This document shows, one piece after another, positions 44,038-50,692 of a stretch of 64,000 nt of DNA (positions within the stretch are counted from its first letter, which is position 1; each line of letters opens with the position of its first letter). A model generated the notes under the pieces. That model ran no database searches and was not told the DNA's origin. It saw nothing but the letters and a program-made list of their open reading frames with translations. Origin of the DNA: Kiritimatiellia bacterium (GTDB lineage Bacteria > Verrucomicrobiota > Kiritimatiellia > RFP12 > JBMNHG01); contig JBMNHG010000006.1 in the NCBI GenBank assembly GCA_050950285.1, forward strand, positions 105,167 to 169,166, given 5' to 3'. A program made the translations under genes and the position numbers.

Positions 44038-44158
44038 GTTTCGTGGTTCATACGAACCCCAAAAACCCTTGGCGTTCTTGGCGTCTCGGCAGTTCAAAAA
44101 AAACCGATCCATGCCACTCAAAAAACCTCTACGTCTCTGCGCCTCTGCGTTAAATTAC
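44027..44158 (+). repeat. Intergenic cluster of three short tandem-repeat elements of the same style
   Basis: The three elements are gtgtgtttcgtggttca, ccttggcgttcttggcgtctcggcagttcaaaaaaaa, and ctctacgtctctgcgcctctgcgttaaattac. Confidence 0.7.
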
Positions 44159-44337
44159 TAACTCGGCCACAATTCATACTGCAACACAGGGAACGGTTTT
44201 CCAACCCGTGACACGGACAGGAATGTCCGTGCCCCTTTCCCGACTCCAAATTCCAGCTCCTCATGCCTGAATCTCCGTGAGCAGCGCTATTTGTGGCCGG
44301 GTTCGTAAACCGCCTGGGATCTCGATGGCCGTCGTGG

Positions 44338-45363
44338 CTAGACGCGGACCGTGCGTCCCTTGCGGATGCTTGCGACCTCGGCCTCGACGATTTTCACGGA
44401 CCGGGCCGCGTCCGCGATGGTCACGGTCCGGGGCGGCGTGCCCCGTTCGATGCAGTCCAGGAAGTAGTGGATCTCGTGCGTGTAGCCCAGACCCTCGGCG
44501 AGGGGGACGGCCTCGGTTCGGCCGTCGCGGTAGACTTTGAGCGCGGGGGATGCGGCGGCGTCGAAGGCGATCGACGCCCGCTCGCAATTGACCGTGAACT
44601 GCATGGTGAACGGATAGCCATTCGACATGGCCCATCCCCCTTCGGCGGTGACCATCGGACCATCGTCGCCGAAGCCGTACCGGGTGTAGACATGGTCGAT
44701 GGCGCTGGTGTTCTTGCTGTAGCCGTGGCTGGTCACGGTCTGCGGCATGCCGAAGCACCACTGCACGAAATCGGTGTCGTGGATGTGAAGGTCGAGAATC
44801 GCGCCGCCGCATTCGTCGCCCGAGTTGTAGAACCCGGTGCCGGGGTGGGAGGAGAGGCGGCGGAAGTGGGCCGACACGACGCGGCCGTAGCGCCCGTCGT
44901 CGATCGCTCCCTTCAGCCAGTCCCAACCCGGCCAGAAGCGCATGCACATGGCCGGCATGGCCATTTGGCCGGCCGCCGCGGCCTCCTCCGCGGCGCGGGC
45001 CAGCCGGTCGGCCTCGCGCGCGGTCCGCGCCAGCGGCTTTTCGACCATGACGTGCTTGCCGGCCTTGAGGGCGGCGCGGGCGTATTTCAGGTGAAGCGGC
45101 GTGGGGAGGCAGATGTCGACCAGTTGGACGTCGCGGTCGCGGATCAGTTTCATCCCCTCGTCGTACTGCCGTGCCGTGCCCAGGTCGAACTGCCCCTTGG
45201 CCTGGCCCTCGATGTTGCCCTGCACCCGCGCGCGGCCGCTGAGGCGTTCGGGGTCGATGTCGCTGACGGCGACGATCTTCGCCAGCGGATGCTTCGCATA
45301 CTCATCGAGATGGGTGCTGCCCATCGTGCCGATGCCGATAACGCCAACCTTGACCATTTTCAA
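44338..45363 (-). CDS. Gfo/Idh/MocA family oxidoreductase
   Basis: MKMVKVGVIGIGTMGSTHLDEY...HVMVEKPLART. Confidence 0.85.
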   Translation of the reverse strand: MKMVKVGVIGIGTMGSTHLDEYAKHPLAKIVAVSDIDPERLSGRARVQGNIEGQAKGQFDLGTARQYDEGMKLIRDRDVQLVDICLPTPLHLKYARAALKAGKHVMVEKPLARTAREADRLARAAEEAAAAGQMAMPAMCMRFWPGWDWLKGAIDDGRYGRVVSAHFRRLSSHPGTGFYNSGDECGGAILDLHIHDTDFVQWCFGMPQTVTSHGYSKNTSAIDHVYTRYGFGDDGPMVTAEGGWAMSNGYPFTMQFTVNCERASIAFDAAASPALKVYRDGRTEAVPLAEGLGYTHEIHYFLDCIERGTPPRTVTIADAARSVKIVEAEVASIRKGRTVRV

Positions 45364-45372
45364 CTCCTTGAA

Positions 45373-46215
45373 TCAGACGGGAATGAGTTTCTTGAGCGCG
45401 GTGGCCGTCCGCTTGATCAGCCCCGGTTTCCAGGGGAGCATTTCGGCGATCACCGTGCGCGAATAGCGGGTGGCCTTGAGCGCCGCCGCCACGTCGGGCC
45501 AAGGCACGTCGCCGCGGCCGAGGTCGCAGAAGCCGTCCAGGTTGCCGACGCTCCGCTTGAAATCCTTGGCATGCACGCGGCCGATCCGTTTGCCGAGGAT
45601 TTTGATCCAGTCGGCCGGGTTCTGATGGTAGCCGAGCACGTTGCCGATGTCGAAGTAGATTCTCACCAGGGGGCTTTCGAAGAAATCGACAAACGCGCAC
45701 AGCTCGAGCGGGGAATAAAACAGTCCGTTCCAGACGTTCTCCACGCAGATTTCCACGCCGGTCGTCTCGGCGACCGGCTGCAGGGCGAGCACCGCCTGGG
45801 CCGCGCGCTTGACAGCCTGGTCATACGGAACGGGCGGGTAGTCGGGCATCCAGGGAATCCGCACGGCTCCCGGAACGAAGAGCAGCGATTTGCAGCCGAG
45901 CCAGGCGCAGCGCTTCAGGGCGGCCTTGTGCAGGGCGATCGACTTGCGGCGGACCGCGGCATCGGGATGCGAGGGCGAGAAGTCCCAGCTCATGCCCGAG
46001 GCGACCGAGTCGACGACGAGCCCCGAACGCTCGATCAGGTTGCGGATCGCGGTGCATTCCTTTTCGGTGGTCGTCACCGAAAGCACGCCGGTTTGGCCGA
46101 TGCAGAGTTCAAGCGCCTCGAAGCCGGCCTGTTTGGCCTCCCGGAGCGCGTCCGCGATCGGATGTGTTCCCGCCTGTCCGTCTTTGAATGACCAATAGCT
46201 GATTCCCCGTTGCAT
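45373..46215 (-). CDS. Sugar phosphate isomerase/epimerase (xylose isomerase-like TIM barrel)
   Basis: Start at MQRGISYWSFKDGQAG...AKQAGFEALELCIG...ICVENVWNGLFYSP...YFDIGNV. Confidence 0.8.
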   Translation of the reverse strand: MQRGISYWSFKDGQAGTHPIADALREAKQAGFEALELCIGQTGVLSVTTTEKECTAIRNLIERSGLVVDSVASGMSWDFSPSHPDAAVRRKSIALHKAALKRCAWLGCKSLLFVPGAVRIPWMPDYPPVPYDQAVKRAAQAVLALQPVAETTGVEICVENVWNGLFYSPLELCAFVDFFESPLVRIYFDIGNVLGYHQNPADWIKILGKRIGRVHAKDFKRSVGNLDGFCDLGRGDVPWPDVAAALKATRYSRTVIAEMLPWKPGLIKRTATALKKLIPV

Positions 46216-46447
46216 CGATTGCGCCTTTCTCAACTCTGCCGCTAATCCAGCATCGCGTATGCGCATACCGTATCATTTCGGCATCGGAATTGCAATCACC
46301 CAAGGCGCTTGCAAAACCTTTTTGGGAGAAGGGGGGAGGGCGATGGACCAACCCGACGGGGGACGGCGGTCCCCAGGCAGGTGGCTTCACCGTCATCTTT
46401 TCCGCTCATTGAAACATACGGGGATGCCATGATAAGATTCCCGGCAT

Positions 46448-49400
46448 ATGAAATCACCCCCTCTCCTTCGCTCCCCTCTCCGTCGGCGTTGTCCGCTGGG
46501 AATGCTGATTGGCGGCGGGGTTTTGATCCTTGCAGTCAGGATTGCCTTCGCCTGGTTGTACCGGTGTGACGTCAACCCCGACGGCGCCATCGTCCACCTG
46601 ATGGTGCAACACATGGTGTCGGGCGATCATCCTTGGCCTGTCTTTTTCTATGGCCAAGCGTACATGGGGTCATTCGAGCCGATGGTGAGCGCTCTTCTCG
46701 CGAAGCTTTTCGGCTATTCCTTCTTCACGGTCTGCTGCGGGACTGCCCTGTTCGGTGCGGCGACGGTCGCATGCGCGGCGCTATGGGCGGGCCATGTGGG
46801 GGGGCGCAGGGCAGGATGGATTGCCGTCTCGCTTCTCGTCCTGGGTCTTCAACCCTACATCCACTATTTCGCGTCGCCCCGCGGAGGCTATGGGGCGCTG
46901 CTGTTCTTCACCACGGCCACGCTGGCCTGGGGCGCCCATCTTCTCGAGCGTGAAATGCGGGACGCCCCGCGCGGTTTCGCAGCCTATTTTCTTCTTGGCC
47001 TCGGTGCGGGGCTGGGCTTCTGGAGCAACTTCCTCACCTTCCCCGCTGTCGCGGCGGTGGGTCTTGCCTTCCTGCTCTGGCGCGGGTGGCGGGCCGTGCG
47101 CCGGCGGATCCTGCTTCCGGCGGCCGGCGGCTTCGTGCTTGGAGCGCTCCCGCTGTGGGCATGGAATCTTCGCCATGACTGGGCTTCGCTGGACATGTCG
47201 GGCTCGGTGGGTTTCACGGTTGCCGGTGCCGCGAAGAGCCTCGCATTGATTGCGGGACCGCGGCTGCGCGAGCTTCTCGGCGTGAACCAAGGGTACAGCC
47301 GTCCGGTTGCCATCCTCGTGGTAGTCGTGCATCTGCTGCTTCTTCCCGGGGCCCTGGCCTTGCTCGCGAAGGTTCCGAGCCGATCCCGCACGAAGGACGG
47401 CGATCGTTCGGAAGCCTCCTCCCCGCTTCTTCGCATGCACGTCTCCGTGGCGGCACTTTGGCTGGGCGTCTTCCTGCTCTGCTTTGCCGCCTCGCCCCAA
47501 TACACCAACTTCCACACCCCGCGCTACCTCCTGCCTGCGGTGCCGATCGCCGCGTGGCTTGCGGCCATCGGCGCCACACGGGCCCCCTGGCGCTCCGTCC
47601 GCCTGGCGACACTCGCGTGTGCCGCGCTTTCGCTGGCGTGGCAACTGCACATGCTGCCGAATTCCGTTCGGTTCCATCGGAAGCACATGGCGGCCCTCGA
47701 AGCGTTCACCGACGTCGGCGAGACGCTTGTCGAAAACGGAATCCGCACCGCCTATGCGTCCTACCTCAGCTATCTCGTCAATCCGATCACCAAGGGAGAG
47801 GCCGTCTGCTCCGACCCTCGGATGGAGCGCTATCGGCCCTATGCAAGGCGGCTGGAGTTCGACCCCTCGCCCGCCGTGCTCGATGATTTCGGGGGTCTCT
47901 CGCGCTGGATCCACGCAACGGGCGGGAGCATGAAGACCCTGACCGCATCCGATCGGCCCATCTTCCACGACCTTCAACCGCCGCCTCTGCCGCTCGTCGA
48001 TGTTTCGCTGGCGGAAGCCCGAATGACGGATGGGAATGGGAATGCATTCGGCGATTCCCTCCGCGACCTCCATTGCCGCACCCACTTCCTGGACACCCAT
48101 TCCGTACATACGCCTGAAGACGTGTTCATCGCCTTCCCCGAGCCCACCGCCGTTTCCTGCGTACGCCTGTGGGGCGTTGCCCTCCCGCCGAGCTTCTGGG
48201 AAGTTGCCGTGCGCGAAGCCGATTCCGCCGAATTCCGGACACTGGCCACCCAAGTCGGCGCAACCGACCTTTTCTGGTCGGGGCCCCGGGTCTACTGGTC
48301 GGGGCCGCAGCATCGCCACGAATGCCGCTTCCCGGAAACGACGGCCCGTGAATTCCGGATCCGCTTCGTCACCGATCCGACGCGTCGCCACGTCCACATC
48401 CCGGAGATCCAGCTCCTCCGGGAGGATGCGGGCGTCGGCGAAGAACTGGCGCCGCCCATCGAGCCTCTCGTGGATGCGCTTCGTGCGCGAGGCGTCGAAC
48501 GGCTCTATGCAGACCGCTGGATTGCGAACCGGGTCTTCGAGCGGACCGGCGGGGAAATCTGGACCTCGCGCGCCCGGGATGCCCTGTTGCACATGGACCG
48601 GCAAACGGATCCCGCCGCGGACGTCACGCTCGCTCCGGGCACCGCCATCCTCTCCCCCTTGTGCGGCGTGCCGTCCTTGCGCAAGGCCCTGGCGATGCGT
48701 TGCGTCCCCTTCACGGAAGAGGCGCTTCCTCCGTATGGGACGCTTTTCCATCCCGAGCCCCGATCGGATGCGAAGGGACTCCCCGTCCACACCGGCATCC
48801 GCTTCGCCGGAGCGTACGCACTCCTCGTCCAGGATGCGGAATGGGCCCGGGCGCGCCTGGAGCAACTGGGCGAGACGATCCGCCTCGAAGACGCCCGTGA
48901 ACTGGCGGAGCTGGCGCCGGATTCCCTCCCCGTGCTGCGGACATACGCGGATCTTCTCGCCCGCGGTGGCGCGCCGGACGAGGCGGCGGCCGTAACGGCG
49001 CGCATCGACAGCCTGCGGAACCTGCAGGTGCAAGGTCCGGCGACCTTCCTGAAGAGCGCGACCTGGATGGGGTGCTCCGCCGAGCCCCGGGAAGTCCGGC
49101 CGGGCGGACGCATCGTCCTCACGCACCGGTGGCATGGCGATTTGCGCCGTCTCTCCCATTCTGTCGTATTCGTCCATCTCACCGGTCCGGACGGCTATCG
49201 GTTCCAGGATGACCATCCGTTTCCATTCCACGCGATGATGGACGCCGAGCCCCATACCGAAGCGTCGCCCTTCGCGGACATCCGCACCGTCCATGTGCCC
49301 GAAGACGCGCCGCCCGGCGCGTACCGGCTCTCCATCGGGCTTTACCCCGCCGCAGGCGGCGCGCGCCTTCGTCCGGACACCGGACTCCCCACCCGCCGCC

Positions 49401-49465
49401 ATGCCGTCGTCGCGCGCGATTTCCTCACGATCCTTCCATCCGAACCGAGTCCTTCCACACCATGA
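46448..49465 (+). CDS. Large polytopic membrane protein, ArnT/PMT-like (GT-C, family 39-like) glycosyltransferase with a ~500-aa extracytoplasmic C-terminal region
   Basis: About 11 predicted hydrophobic helices in the first 450 aa (FFYGQAYMGSFEPMVSALLAKLFG...). The family assignment is tentative. Confidence 0.55.
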   Translation: MKSPPLLRSPLRRRCPLGMLIGGGVLILAVRIAFAWLYRCDVNPDGAIVHLMVQHMVSGDHPWPVFFYGQAYMGSFEPMVSALLAKLFGYSFFTVCCGTALFGAATVACAALWAGHVGGRRAGWIAVSLLVLGLQPYIHYFASPRGGYGALLFFTTATLAWGAHLLEREMRDAPRGFAAYFLLGLGAGLGFWSNFLTFPAVAAVGLAFLLWRGWRAVRRRILLPAAGGFVLGALPLWAWNLRHDWASLDMSGSVGFTVAGAAKSLALIAGPRLRELLGVNQGYSRPVAILVVVVHLLLLPGALALLAKVPSRSRTKDGDRSEASSPLLRMHVSVAALWLGVFLLCFAASPQYTNFHTPRYLLPAVPIAAWLAAIGATRAPWRSVRLATLACAALSLAWQLHMLPNSVRFHRKHMAALEAFTDVGETLVENGIRTAYASYLSYLVNPITKGEAVCSDPRMERYRPYARRLEFDPSPAVLDDFGGLSRWIHATGGSMKTLTASDRPIFHDLQPPPLPLVDVSLAEARMTDGNGNAFGDSLRDLHCRTHFLDTHSVHTPEDVFIAFPEPTAVSCVRLWGVALPPSFWEVAVREADSAEFRTLATQVGATDLFWSGPRVYWSGPQHRHECRFPETTAREFRIRFVTDPTRRHVHIPEIQLLREDAGVGEELAPPIEPLVDALRARGVERLYADRWIANRVFERTGGEIWTSRARDALLHMDRQTDPAADVTLAPGTAILSPLCGVPSLRKALAMRCVPFTEEALPPYGTLFHPEPRSDAKGLPVHTGIRFAGAYALLVQDAEWARARLEQLGETIRLEDARELAELAPDSLPVLRTYADLLARGGAPDEAAAVTARIDSLRNLQVQGPATFLKSATWMGCSAEPREVRPGGRIVLTHRWHGDLRRLSHSVVFVHLTGPDGYRFQDDHPFPFHAMMDAEPHTEASPFADIRTVHVPEDAPPGAYRLSIGLYPAAGGARLRPDTGLPTRRHAVVARDFLTILPSEPSPSTP

Positions 49466-50646
49466 GTTCGACCCCGTCCAAGCGTGTTTTGTTCATTGCC
49501 TCGCAGCCCTTCTTCGAGTGGAGGGGGTCGCCCATCCGTCTCGGGTTCGACGTGATGGCCCTTTCCCAGCTCGGCTACGAAGTGGATTTTCTCACGCTTC
49601 CGCTGGGCCAGCGCCGCGAGGTTCCCGGCGTTCGGATTGTCCGGGCGCCCAATCTCTTCTTCGCGAAGAAGATCGCCATCGGGCCATCCCTGCTCAAGCT
49701 CGCCTTCGACGGCGTGCTGCTCGTCATGGCGCTCGGAATGGCGCTGCGGCGTCGCTATGCCGTCGTGCACGGGGTTGAAGACGCCGGGATCGTGGCGTGG
49801 GCCGCATCGCGCGTGGGCCGTGCGGGGCTGGTCTTCGAAAAGCATTCGGATCCCTCCAGCTACAAGAAAGGGAGGGTCCGCAACTTCGTGATGCGCCTGT
49901 ACACGGCCGTCGAACGCTTCGTGATTCGCCGCGCGGACGCCGTCATCGGCACGGGGCCCGCGCTGGTCGAGCAGGCGCGGGCGGCGGGCTGCGGAGGGCG
50001 GGCCTGCCACATTCCGGACATCCCCTCCTCGCTCGCCGAACCCACCCCCGAGGCCACCGCGGCCGCCCGCCTCCGCTACACGGGGGGCGAAGACTGCACG
50101 CTCTGCGCCTACGTCGGCTCCTTCGCCGTGTACCAGGGCATCGACCTTCTCTTCGAATCGATCTGCAAGGCCGCCGCGCAGGAGCCGCGCGCCCGTTTCC
50201 TCATCGTCGGCGGCACGCCGGACGAAATCGCGGCGCGCCGCGAACAGCTTTCGGAAGCGGGCGTGGAGCACGCCGTGCACTTCGCCGGATTCATTCCGCC
50301 GGACGAACTGCCCGACTCGCTGGCCGCGGCGGACGTGCTTCTCTCGCCGCGCATCGCCGGCGCGAACACCCCCCTGAAACTGCTCGACTACCTCAAGGCG
50401 GGAGGGGCCATCGTGGCGACCGACTGCCAGGCGAACCGCCTCATCCTGGACGAACAGTCCGCCCTGCTGGTCCAGCCCGAGCCGGACGAGTTCGCGAAGG
50501 CCATCGTGCTCCTCTGCCGCGACGAGGCCCTGCGGCGGCGCATCGCCTCGGGCGGCGCAGGGCTGCTCGAAGAGAAATACAACTTCCGGGCCTTCAAAGA
50601 AGGCCTCCGGGATTGCTACCGCTACGTCATCGGACGGCGGCGCTGA
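49462..50646 (+). CDS. Glycosyltransferase family 4 (GT-B)
   Basis: KRVLFIASQPFFEWRGSPIR...HFAGFIPPDELPDSLAAADVLLSPR. ATGA overlap with the upstream gene. Confidence 0.8.
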   Translation: MSSTPSKRVLFIASQPFFEWRGSPIRLGFDVMALSQLGYEVDFLTLPLGQRREVPGVRIVRAPNLFFAKKIAIGPSLLKLAFDGVLLVMALGMALRRRYAVVHGVEDAGIVAWAASRVGRAGLVFEKHSDPSSYKKGRVRNFVMRLYTAVERFVIRRADAVIGTGPALVEQARAAGCGGRACHIPDIPSSLAEPTPEATAAARLRYTGGEDCTLCAYVGSFAVYQGIDLLFESICKAAAQEPRARFLIVGGTPDEIAARREQLSEAGVEHAVHFAGFIPPDELPDSLAAADVLLSPRIAGANTPLKLLDYLKAGGAIVATDCQANRLILDEQSALLVQPEPDEFAKAIVLLCRDEALRRRIASGGAGLLEEKYNFRAFKEGLRDCYRYVIGRRR

Positions 50647-50692
50647 CGCCGTCCGACGGCCGACGGCGGCGCGCCGCCCGCCGCGCCTGCCG

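Noticed and set aside
33794-44158. CRISPR array or diversity-generating retroelement as an explanation for the short repeats and variable RHS segments
   Set aside because: The repeats are 8-9-mers in triplets, not 25-40-bp repeats separated by unique spacers. No cas genes, reverse transcriptase or template-repeat/variable-repeat pair with adenine-specific differences is present.
43976-44161. 61-aa ORF (CLFSVFRGSYEPQKPLAFLASRQF...LRLCASALNY)
   Set aside because: It is simply the translation of the intergenic mini-repeat cluster. There is no RBS and no protein-like composition.
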